DNA of 64,000 nucleotides from the NCBI GenBank assembly GCA_002633005.1, contig NMRA01000003.1, forward strand, positions 843,452 to 907,451, written 5' to 3'. Origin of the DNA: Phoronis australis (lineage: Eukaryota > Animalia > Phoronida). The notes under the pieces are model-generated. The model did not search any database and had not been told where the DNA came from. It saw only the letters and a list, made by a program, of their open reading frames with translations. The number at the start of each line of letters is the position of its first letter. The first letter of the stretch is position 1. The translations under genes and the position numbers were made by a program. This document shows positions 49,401-59,100 of this stretch, piece after piece.

Positions 49401-51929
49401 CAGCATATTCCACAGGGCATGGTCCTGCAGTGTACGGGAGACCTATGTTGACCTACTTCTGATAACTGTGTATGCATGACATTGTGACCACCTTCCTCAA
49501 ATTAAATCTAATGGGAAACACATCCAATATACTGTGCAAGCTATTTTAAACCACGTGTCGGACACTTTTTACCAAAAGCTTCCCGTCCTAAACCCAACAC
49601 AGAATGATAAAAAAGAATAGTACAATGCAATGTTGAATTTGCATGGAATAAATTATTTTAAGCAGGATTCCAGGCATAGAAAAGGTGGGCCGGAACTATA
49701 GAAATTGTCCTAAACTGAACTTGAGATGCCCCCACAAGATTGGCCATATGTTGTAACTCTAGAGGAGACCAAATTAGCCAATTACAGGCCAGATTAACAT
49801 TGACACTCACAAGTGTGGAAGATGTGTTTGAGCACAGAAAGATTTATGAATCCTACTCTCTGTCAGGAAACATTTGATGCAGGCTCTGAGCCTCAAAGAA
49901 CCAAAGACCTCCTGGAATGCCAGGTTAGTGCTTTGCAAGGTTCACAGACCACTCCGCTAGTAAAGAAACAGGATACGTTTTCCTTTGCGAAGTGTTTAAA
50001 AAATCAACATTGCAAACAATATTGATGCTACACGCACTGGAAACTGTAAAAGAAAACATGGCCTAACACTGGATTATGTAAATGATCAAAACCTTAATCA
50101 GAATAAAGTTTTATATGTGGTTTTAGCCAACTCAGTATACACAGAGTAAAAATAATCGTTGATATTATTAATTACATCAATAGTAAATTACATAGATGTC
50201 GAGTTGGATTGCAACATTAATACCCACAATTCACTCAACCTCTATTAAAGTTCAATTAATGTACAATAAAGACAAGGCCAAACCACAAACAAAAATGAAG
50301 TTATAAATGAACATTAGCAAACTGCTGGCAAAAGTTAAAATCATCGGCGCGATTGCGTAGCAACGTGTTTTCAGTTAGAAGAGAAACAGATGCATTTGTA
50401 ACAAATCAAGATGGACGCCTCAAAAATAATGTACAAATTTCATTGGTACGGAACAAATTACTGCTTATTTGAAACAGATCTAGGTGTATTCCAGCTTGCC
50501 TCCTGCAAGGATGTGGGGGTGCTGTTTTTGTATTTTTCTGAAGTGAGTGTTGCGCAGATGCTTGGTTTTGATAAATTGGAAAGGCAAACGAATGGGATTT
50601 TTATCTTGGGCAACTCAGTAGCAATGGCTATTTGCTCTTCTTACTGGGACTATACTAAAATTGTACTTATTGTACAAATATTTACCGGAAAACCATTTCT
50701 TCCAGGCTGGCCTCTTTTTCCCTAAAACAAAATGAAGACTTACATAAACAAACAATACACACTATATCTTTTAGGTTTTGATATATGACATGCAAGCATA
50801 AAAATGCTCTCTTGATCTATGAAATTCTCCATGAACTTAATTAGCGCATATTTTTGAACAAAATGACTGAGAAATTGCTTAAAGTGGAAATTTTTTCAAA
50901 TAAACCACACCCTAAAATGCAAATTAGGAACAAGATTACTCAACAACACGAAACAGGCAGTCAAACCTTTCAACAATGCCATGACCTTGCGAAATACATG
51001 GTTTGGGGCATGGGGTGAGTGATATTACAATCAGTTTGGACACTGGGTTGTTTAGCAAGCCTTCCAAAGTTAATGCAGCTCGTCCTGCAGGGGACTGAAC
51101 ATGACCGCTGGGGATTGAAACCGCAGTGACAAACAAGTCCCCGGCGGTCCTGATTTCTGGTGGGGCGGTCCCATTTGATCCCCGGAGGTCCTTTTTTGGG
51201 TGAGTCAGTCCGATTTAGAGGACCGGTGGTCATGTTGTTTCTCACCCGTGAAATTGCAATCTAGCTGGGACTTCACACAAGATTGTAAGAGTTATAACCG
51301 TAGCTTGGGACAGTCTCTAAAATTCAGAACATCAAAATTCACGATCACTTGAATTTTCTTAAGATTGTAATATGGGGTATTTTTGTATTCATCATATTTT
51401 TTAAGTATTAAATGCTGCATTTTGTATCAACAAAGGCTGAAATACTCATGGCATTTCATAAATTGTCAAAAAGCACCTTGAATTAATAACCCTGGGCATT
51501 TCTAAGATTTTTAAAGGTTCTGACCACCCCTTGAGGAAAATAATTAATTAAGTTATTGCGAAATCTCACCAATATTGGATAAAACTAGTTGTCAGTCTAA
51601 CTGGTTCTTTCAAGTTTTCGAGAGCTTCTAACATCGTTGTCAGTGGCAACAATTTTTCGAGATACTGTCTGATGATAACCATGGAATAGAACTTGAAATC
51701 AATAAAGCTTTAATTTGCTGCTACTTGCCTTTTAGTTAAAAAAATTGAAAAGAAAATTCATTCATCTTCTCAATTCTATGCTAAATTGGTGAGATTTTAC
51801 TGTCACAAACTGGAGAATTTTCACCTAGGCCTATTTCATGATTTTCATATTTAGACTGGAAGTAGGAAAAATTGTTGTTGCTTGGTTCACTTACCACATT
51901 CCCTTTATCTCCCTTTGGACCTTGGGGAC
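22415..51929 (-). CDS. Membrane-associated collagen with interrupted triple helices (MACIT; collagen XIII/XXIII/XXV / COL-99-like), 5'-partial, 21 coding exons identified
   Basis: GT-AG exons in transcript order: 51895-51929 (GPQGPKGDKGNV, phase-1 start), 50686-50721, 49371-49424, 46646-46681, 42537-42572 (GPIGLDGMKGER), 41854-41880, 41645-41713, 39745-39825, 38930-39448, 38551-38652, 33141-33275, 31638-31709, 30894-30929, 30338-30370, 28630-28665, 28375-28410, 27952-27996, 25715-25822, 25042-25068, 24112-24165, 22415-22489. About 550 codons, mostly Gly-X-Y. Diagnostic motifs are GYPGFP|GPIGLDG and C-terminal [21 protein letters not shown] (compare COL13A1 [21 protein letters not shown]). Non-collagenous micro-exons may have been missed. 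Confidence 0.9.
24112..24165 (-). CDS. Collagen 54-nt exon, basic cluster
   Basis: tttcag|GKRGKRGRKGQPGQKGAA|gtgagt. Confidence 0.92.
24210..24310. repeat. Imperfect (GAT)n microsatellite
   Basis: Runs of gatgatgat... Confidence 0.8.
25235..25693. mobile_element. 3' part of CAGTGGCGGA-TIR element containing a tRNA-like A/B-box relic
   Basis: Homologous to 4635-5050; ends agatccgccactg; begins just after the assembly N at 25230. Confidence 0.75.
25715..25822 (-). CDS. Collagen 108-nt exon
   Basis: aatag|GLPGSEGLKGDQGEKGDNGEPGLDGIDGMDGAVGPQ|gtaaat. Confidence 0.92.
27395..27682. mobile_element. MITE with ~50-bp TIRs and internal ~20-bp tandem repeats, nested in an older inverted-repeat element (~27283-27767)
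   Basis: tatgggtcgaggaa..aaaaaatagttaatagaaaaatcaaac versus gtttgaatttttctattaactatttttt..ttcccacggcccata; about 8 internal aggtttgatttt units. Confidence 0.7.
27952..28665 (-). CDS. Three collagen micro-exons (28630-28665, 28375-28410, 27952-27996)
   Basis: GPMGLTGPPGVK, GEIGYRGPKGDT and GQKGYKGEPGSFGLP; all phase 0 and GT-AG; lengths 36, 36 and 45 nt. Confidence 0.88.
29083..29397. repeat. Low-complexity (GTA/GTG/GTT) tri/hexanucleotide array
   Basis: gtagtggtagtgttagtggt... repeated; this explains three spurious ORFs in the track. Confidence 0.92.
30338..31709 (-). CDS. Three collagen exons spanning a helix interruption (31638-31709, 30894-30929, 30338-30370)
   Basis: GEAGEKGEVGLPGPIGAMGPQGPR, GLPGVHDGSGEG and IPGPPGEPGPI; all GT-AG and phase 0. 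Confidence 0.85.
31838..31999. repeat. Short foldback (hairpin) element
   Basis: cagaaaaatcgaatctaatact..aatttgcttacttga inverted as tcaagtaagcaaatt..agtattagattcgatttttctg; loop of only a few nt. Confidence 0.75.
33141..33275 (-). CDS. Collagen 135-nt exon with internal 18-nt repeats
   Basis: tatag|GDLGEKGDLGQKGDLGEKGDPGEKGDPAEKGEPGDKGVRGRRGRK|gttagt. Confidence 0.92.
33748..34153. mobile_element. Foldback element: 137-bp near-perfect inverted arms with a 132-bp spacer
   Basis: 33748-33884 is the reverse complement of 34017-34153 with one mismatch seen; mirrored ORFs 33735+ and 33912- confirm it. Confidence 0.88.
34863..37250. repeat. ~1.19-kb tandem duplicate joined at N 36053 (34863-36052 versus 36054-~37250)
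   Basis: Both units start cctcaataaaaaacaaagctagttcc and are roughly 95% identical by eye; the ORF track shows twin ORFs 35321- and 36526-. Confidence 0.85.
36370..37585 (-). mobile_element. Non-autonomous Helentron/HINE-like element (partial second copy at 35176-36052)
   Basis: On the minus strand it begins ttttattatgcg and ends ctcttgtt. Internal repeated modules (aaaattgccacta.g, ggtggcgcaaa). Inserted without a TSD into an A/T run of a repeat whose empty site is visible at about 21885-21900. Confidence 0.6.
38551..38652 (-). CDS. Collagen 102-nt exon with short interruption
   Basis: ttcag|GEKGESSNSIFGGVRPGPVGPPGPPGLPGVPGFK|gtattc. Confidence 0.9.
38930..39448 (-). CDS. Collagen large 519-nt exon
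   Basis: ttgcag|GPIGPAIVGMKGDK...GSPGLAGVK|gtgagt; 173 codons, essentially Gly-X-Y; lies inside ORF 38789-39493. Confidence 0.95.
39745..42572 (-). CDS. Four collagen exons (42537-42572, 41854-41880, 41645-41713, 39745-39825)
   Basis: GPIGLDGMKGER, GYTGIPGEK, GMKGEPGMRGLPGFDGRAISGSK and GEKGEPGNSGTRGLPGINGIPGRKGEQ; all GT-AG and phase 0. Confidence 0.9.
40812..41291 (-). mobile_element. Shorter element related to the 36370 family
   Basis: aacatgagcagcgcagagcattgatatgcaccc resembles aacaagagcaacgcagagcgttgaaatgcgccc; ends ...ggggtacataaaaa with a small palindrome. Confidence 0.5.
44828..45014. mobile_element. 187-bp MITE with long TIRs
   Basis: accttattcacatagtcgccattttagtagtaagcctctttttaag versus cttaaaaagaggctcactactaaaatggcgactgcgtgaataaggt. 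Confidence 0.78.
46034..46255. repeat. Minisatellite, ~32-bp unit x7
   Basis: Unit gaatattgttctgtaatacatctcaata(c/t)cct-like, in directly adjacent copies. Confidence 0.92.
46646..51929 (-). CDS. Four 5'-most collagen exons found (51895-51929, 50686-50721, 49371-49424, 46646-46681)
   Basis: GPQGPKGDKGNV, GKRGQPGRNGFP, DHALWNMLTDLRGPPGLP and GKKGSQGYPGFP; all GT-AG bounded. Confidence 0.82.
46808..46918. repeat. 42-bp tandem repeat, ~2.5 copies
   Basis: tgaact(g/t)ttcaatcaaagcat..ca.cccagaca repeated. Confidence 0.75.
51136..51250. mobile_element. Right end of a CACGGGTG-TIR element (family of 52882-53175)
   Basis: agtccccggcggtcctg...ggtcatgttgtttctcacccgtg. Confidence 0.75.
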
Positions 51930-52412
51930 CTGTTAATAAAATGATAGGTATTTACGTAAAAGAAAGCAGGCAGTAAAAATCATCACTGAATTGAGATTCA
52001 TACAATAAAGCCCACACTGCACCATCCTATTTTCGTTCATGTTTTGAGCTGGAGCCTTTTTTGTTTCTTGCTCTTTACTATGACATTAGCATTCGAACGG
52101 GTCAAATGAAGTTTAATGAGAGGATTCACCAATGCTTACTTTATTTGAGTTAAAAGTTTGAAATTTGAGACCAATATTCTGTTACCACCAAAGCATGAGT
52201 TATAACTTTTCATTAAAACTCTCCGTCTGAAAAGGTTTTAAAAGTTGTACCTGTAGTGCGGTTAAAAATTACGTCTTCGAAAGTGGTATCTTGGTGTGAA
52301 CATAGCAGATATAAAAGTTGTAACTCAGTAGGTGGCACTGCTGTCAAATCTTGTTGGAAACAAATTGAAAATCATAGCACTGCCCATTGAAAGTCACAAC
52401 TAGATAGTTTTG

Positions 52413-52870
52413 AGGGCCTTTCATACTAACATCCACGCGTCGATGGTTTGGAGAGTTGCGGTCATTATGAACGCTCAACTCTAGTCCTGGATCGCATTTA
52501 ACAGGTGGATTTAATAGCGCAGCGTCGACGCTGCGGTGCAGTATGAACACTTAACTTTGGGGGGTTCAATAGTTATCACCAGGTGCCTCTGTTATCGTCA
52601 ATAGTTACAGGGTAGTGCCGGCACTAATAGCTGCTTTTTTATTGCTCTAATAATAATCAATCGATTTAAAAAATAAGTTTAATGTCATTTAGCACACGTA
52701 AATGTTCCCAAATTGTCACATTGAAAAAAATCTTAGCGTGCAGCGCTACCTTGCGATAACTTGGATGACGACAGCGTCACCAACTGCTGTCACCACCGTT
52801 TGCTTCGATGCTCATTAACTACTGAAGCCAGTATGAACAGTCCAGTTAACTGTGTTGTTTACACTAACTC
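52413..52870. repeat. Old interspersed repeat; inverted homologue at ~58858-59342
   Basis: Diverged reverse-complement matches, e.g. tctgttatcgtcaatagttacagggtagtgccggcactaatagctgctt versus aagcaactattagtgacgacactgccctttaattgttgacaataacag. Confidence 0.55.
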
Positions 52871-52881
52871 AGAGTCAATAT

Positions 52882-53175
52882 CACGGGTGAGAAACAACAT
52901 GACCGCCGGTCCTCTAAACAGGACCTCCGGGGATCAAATGGGACCGCCGCACCAGAAAATGGGACTGACGCACCCAAAAACATGACCGCCCCACCACAAA
53001 ACAGGACCGCCGGGGACTAAAACCGNCCTTAACTACTCAGTCCCCGGCGGTCCTGTTTTGTGGTGGGGCGGTCATGTTTTTGGGTGCGTCAGTCCCATTT
53101 TCTGGTGCGGCGGTCCCATTTGATCCCCGGAGGTCCTGTTTAGAGGACCGGCGGTCATGTTGTTTCTCACCCGTG
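52882..53175. mobile_element. Young DNA transposon: ~137-bp perfect TIRs starting CACGGGTG, 5-bp TSD AATAT; interior lost at assembly N 53026
   Basis: The arms are exact reverse complements; aatat at 52877-52881 and 53176-53180; internal gaccgcc repeats. Confidence 0.85.
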
Positions 53176-56100
53176 AATATGAAAGGACCTTATGGCCTAA
53201 CAACAATTTAAACTGCCTGTGTGAATGGTATCCATTACATAACAGTTACAGCACATGGAAAAAGTTAAAAGCCCTTTACTTGGTCTGAACACAGCTTTAA
53301 GCTTGACCTAATATTAACAGTGTGTGGGACTTATTGATAAACATTAATTTACATTAAAAGCAGGTTAAGCAATCTTCCTCAATTATAAAACAAATTGAAG
53401 AAATTAATTACTAAATGAGGGGTAGAAATTTATAGCGCATCAAATTTGATGCTACTTATCTTATAAATCAAACCATCAAGTATTTGCTGGTTGAAGTTCA
53501 GACAATGGCTATAGACAGAGGCATCATATTGTCCCCATAAAATGTGTGTGAGACCAGACTTTATACTTAAATTACACACCAATGCAAGTATCAGAAACAT
53601 TCCATTCAATCATATCCTACTTACGGCTGTGCTTAGTGTTCAGGAAAATAAAATTACATTTAAAGAAAGATTTTTTGTATAATTTCGTGCAATTTTTGTG
53701 TGAAGAAAAAAGGTTCACGGTATAACTATTTTTATACCTACTGAGGACCACATGCCGATGAGTACTTAGTGAACAGTTCATAATTCTACCATTTCTTCCG
53801 AAGACTGTCTTCCAAATACTCTGGACTACTTCTTGTACGTCAGCTGAGTGGTGGCAGGGCATGTTTTTATTACAAAGTCATTAGTTGGTAAATACTGTCA
53901 AACCAATTTAGGATAATTCTGAGAAAATACCTATGCAGGCAACATTTGACCTGTGTTGTGATGTTTAACAACAAGGCACCACTGGGCTGTGGCTGTGATC
54001 GGGTGCTGTTCAACTTGTGAGAACACCAACACATCTGAAGGAGTTTCTCAAAATTAAAACTCAGATTTCTCTTTGGCAAAAAGACAACACAATGACAAAT
54101 GGTTTTCTGACCACAAATGTGGCCATTTTATTGAATCCTTATAATTAAGATCAAGAAAGATTCTACAATAAACACAAAATAACTCTTTGCATTCTAGTAA
54201 AGTCTAAGAAAACAGAATAGAACAAAAATTATGGTGGATTGAGAAGTAATACTGTTTAGGGGCTTATTCTCAATGGTGTGGGGTGGGAGAGGTGTAGTTT
54301 TTACACTGTGTCAAAAATTGAAACCATTAACTCTTATTTCAAAAAGGCAACTGAAAATGCCATTCATATGCAGGACACTGAATTTAATGACAGGAGCAGG
54401 GAACAGCCCATTAAAACTAAGCTTAGCTGTCTTTTACAATTTACTTCCCTGTTTTAGATATCAGCACCAGATTGCTGCCATTCTTAATGGAGTTAGCACT
54501 TTTCTCAAGTAGCCATGGAAAAATACTGGCCATGTTAGCAAGGAAAGACAGAAAACACCAGCAAAAACATAGCCAACTGTTCATGTCTTTTTAAGTGGGT
54601 GAGAACAACTACTTCTAAAAACATATCACAGGTGGTTTTAAGCAGTTTTGTTTATTTTAGAGACAGTAAACTAGCTGATTCAGCCAAATCCAGGACATAA
54701 GATGAGGCCAAACACATTTCAGGTCATCTTTTCGGGACATGAAACTGTGAAAGAGGGATTTACGCAGCCCCAATGGTTTTTGCAGGGGTGCGTTTAAACA
54801 TCTGTTCATCCTGTAATAAGTGAATGGTTGTAATATTTCTACCCTGGAGCAATAGCAAGGAAGTCACTTGTTAATGTTACATGGCAGTGTGTTTTAATTC
54901 AGGACTTCCCAATAATATGGCAGTAAAATGTCTCAGCCAGAGCCATGCACAGACTGACTATCTTCATGACTGAAGTTAACTCCTTAAATTTTTTTCTAAG
55001 TTAGCAGGTTATGTGGTATGTGTTTGACAAAGGGCAGGCAAAACTTCATGTAAAACAGACTTAAGGAAATAGTCACTTAAAACTAGGACACCGTCCATTA
55101 AAATGAACTATAAGCTGTCCTTAGGGTTGTCATGTCTGCGGAAACTCATTCATATGAGACCTCATGTAGCCTCAAAGCACACCAGCAATCTATAATTGGT
55201 GGAATGTTTGTTTTTAAATGATTTTCAAGGCTTTATGAGCAGTAACATGAAAGAGGGATCCAGGCAGCCCCCAAGGACCTGCTTTATGCAACATGAATAC
55301 CGTGATTTATGCAACAGGCACACCCGTAAATAAATTTGCAATAAGTACTTGTGATAAATAACAACTGAATTTAAACAAAATTTCGAGATTTTGAACATGC
55401 TAAATTTAGTCTATAAATAATTGCTATTTACGTTCAACATTTTTGTCAAAACTAACAATTACAGCCAAATGTAGTTTCAAAGAACAATCGCAAAATATTG
55501 TTGCAGTACATAATGTTGTTTTGATCAAGTTATTGCAAAATTATGAAGGAAATAAGGAGCACTTTAGTGATAGTCAACAGAGATTTAAAATGGCTATAAA
55601 CCTGACATCCATATTTTTTGTTTAAAGACCACTTATTGTTATGAAATTAGTCTTTAGATGTTCCTTGGTCAAATTGGAGATGGTTTCAGAAATTCAAAGG
55701 AATTGACACCCTGTTATTGTTGGACAAGATCAGAGACTACAAGTTGGCTTGTGATGAGTAGATGAGGGCGAAGCCCCCGGACAGCTTCGCAAGATCGGAC
55801 AATCTCGCCCTCTGTCCTCGCTGCATTTGGTGTGGACGTGGTACGGCTGGAACCGGCTGGAACCCGCTGGAAGGTAACAGTATTCCGGATTCTTTGGTAG
55901 ACGAGATGCTGGCTGGATGGCAACAGTGTGATTGGCTACTTGCATAGTGTTTGACTTACATGAAGCTGGCTACAAGTTGGCTTGTGACAGTAGTGTGTCA
56001 TTTCATATGCCAAGCAATTGATTTCAACCAACAAGATACTGATCACTTCTCATCTGAATAATGAACAAGTTCAGACCTGTTTAATAGCGTGGTCTAAAAA

Positions 56101-59100
56101 AATTGTTTTTGACCGCAGTGCAGTGAGTTCATGGCCACCTTTTTGATGCAATTTTCCACACACTTATTCTTTCCTAGTTAAGTCTTGTTTACTTTGAGAT
56201 AAACTGTGTACATGATCAGCTTATCAGAACAGAATGTTGAGTTAACATGTAACGTGCATTCCTTTTCTAATTAAGATGAAAATTACAACCACAACAACAT
56301 CAGTTTGAATGTTGCTGAATGTTCTTGCCATAGTAAACATCGTACGATACATTTTTTTTCTAATTTATTAGGTAACATCTTCTTGCTGAAGAAATAAAAC
56401 CCCTTGGATGTATGCCTGAGTGCATTCAGTCCCTGAACTCTGCTGCCTTGGAAGCACTCTAAATCTACAACTCGTGCAAAATGCTTTCGGAGCAAAACTC
56501 ACAAAGCATGAAAACTAACTGATAAAACTGTTGCGTACTTAAAGGAGCATAGTGGGCCATAAAATATTTTTGGAATCATTGTTGGATTTGATAGAATTAA
56601 TGAAATTATTAGGCTTGACCAGACCTAATAATTAAGTGAAAAAATCTGCTGTTTTGTCAGTAATTTTATTACAAATAGCAAATTCTCATTGTCTGCCAGC
56701 CATTTGCTGAAATCATGGTTTGATGACTTTCTGGTTAAAGCCAGTTCCCGAGTTACGGCCTTAAGATATGTTTTTGTGTTTTGCATAATTGAAAACAGTG
56801 ATGTAAATTCGCCTAACTTAATGATCGATAAATAACTAAAAAATCCAAAAATCTTGGCACTTAATTGTTCTTGGAAATCGATAGAATGGTTAAAAAGAAA
56901 TAAGAAAACCCGCCACAACAGATATGCCAAAAACACGAATGGAAATAAACAATAAAGCATCACCATTGTTCGGCTAAGTTATACAAAATGTTTTCACAAG
57001 TCAAAGACCTGAAAGAGTTACTGAAGGAACCATTTCTTGCAAGTTTATAGTCAATCCAGAAGATAACAACGGAATTGTTTGTAATTTTCTTGTGACAAAA
57101 CTGTGGCCAACTAGTATGGTTAACCGATGGGCAGAGCTTTTCCGCAGCTCATTGTCCAAGCTAACAAAGCCTCATTGAGGACTTCCTGGAAAGGCTATTT
57201 ATTGTATTGTGGTTAAAAATATACACCGAATCTGTAGATGGTGTACATTCCAGCTCAGAAAAATATTGCAGTCAAAGATTTCAAAATATCGGTATATGCG
57301 GCTTAGGGTTGCCAGGCGGCATTTTCATTTCATTTGTCCTGCATGGTCACATGACAAGCAAATTTCTCTAAATTAAGACTCATGGGCACCAAGGCAATTT
57401 TGCAACAATAAATGTGTTTTCTAAGCCAATAAAAATGCATGTGTCACTTTTTGTATAGTAAAACTGCATGACAAGGACACAGAAACTAAAACATGGTCGG
57501 CGCAGCAGCAGCACTGAAAAAAGTGGGGCGCTGCATCCCCCAGCCCCCCTGTGATGCACCGTCCATAGACCATGGGTGCCGGAGCACTGAAAATTGGGGG
57601 GCCGTAGCCCTCCCAGCCTCCTATGGTGCGCCGCCCATATAAAAGCAAAATAGGATAGGGGACACCGTGATTTAGGAAGTTGTGGTGCAAATGTTGTCCC
57701 ACAGGTTTTGAAACTGGGTAGCAATGTCAGCGGGTAAAAACCAGATGTAGGGAAATGTTGACGGATGCTTGATGAATGATCAATTAATCTGAAAAAATAA
57801 CAGGTGCATCAACTTCAGGGAGGCTTGCCCATCAACAGTCTTGTGGGTCAATTAAGTTGTCTATACCCACTTCAAGTGAATGGTAACTGTAAACCAAATG
57901 GAGATTCTCCACACTTTATAAACTGGCAAAAACACAAGGACCAACAGTGATGCAGTTACCTAATTAGTTTATCTCATATGATTAGCATGGTTGAGGTACA
58001 GCTTACCTGTCAATCATTGGTTTACTGCAGTGGAGTAACACAGAAAATACAAAGTGCCCTGGGGAAAACACTTAAAAACAACACTGTGAAAAATAACAAA
58101 TTTATCGTTTAATCGCCTTTTTAATCAGATAAAAAACTATAAATATACTGAAGAAAAATCAAAATATTAAAAGTAAGAAACAAAAGGAAATTTAGGATCT
58201 TTTAAGGTCCAAACTACTGCTATTTATCAAGTGGGGTTCAGCCCGCTAGAAAAGTGTGGGACTGCAACAGCCGAGCAGGTCGTGATTTTGATTCCACTAG
58301 GGCTGATCAAAGAAAAATACTTTTCTGGCTGATAATGTTACTAAAAGGTTATGTAGAACCCTAGAAAAATTCCAAATTTGCCTATGAACATCAAATCTCA
58401 GGAATGTGTGATATGGATTCATATGAAACTTTCAGATATGCTTTATTCACCCTTCTACAAACACTTTTAGCAATTGTTTTCCAAATGTTCCACTTTGCAG
58501 AGGGGCTAACAAGTGTAGGAATTTCATGATATTTATGAAAAAACACAATGGTGCATAAAACAAAAACAAACCAATCATTTAGAAAACTGCAACTGTCAGT
58601 TTTTGAGATTTCATCTTGAACATTTATGTAAAACAAAATTTGGTCATGTTATCGATGTCGTTTTTCTAAGAACATACTTTTTTGCTAAACAAACATGCTA
58701 AAGTGACCCAGTTAAGGACAGGTTGGTATAAAATCAAAAACCAAGTTCAACAGGCCCCCTCCTTTTAGAAAAATGTATATTTTTACATACCAGTAGTTTA
58801 AATTACACGCTTAAAATAGACATACCATACTTGTTAACTAAGTCCTACATAAACTATAGGGCCTTCGATACTAACTAACTCCAGTATGAGCGGAGCATCC
58901 ACGTAAACTGTGAACATCGTTCATACCAGCTGTAGAAGTTAACAGCATCCAAGTTAATAGTAGATGACGAAGTAATCGCATGGTAGTGCTGGTGCATCGC
59001 GTGCAAGCTTAGATTTTTTTAATTTGATATTTTGAGAACATTTATAGGTGCTAATTGACAAAAAATATTTCTAATTTGATTGGTGGTTATTCTAACAAAA

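Noticed and set aside
58007-58024. Candidate 18-nt minus-strand micro-exon (ctgcag|...|gtaagc) for the missing collagen N-terminus
   Set aside because: It contains a stop in the phase needed to join the 51929 exon. No TM/furin/CxC-coding exon was recognised in 52-64 kb.
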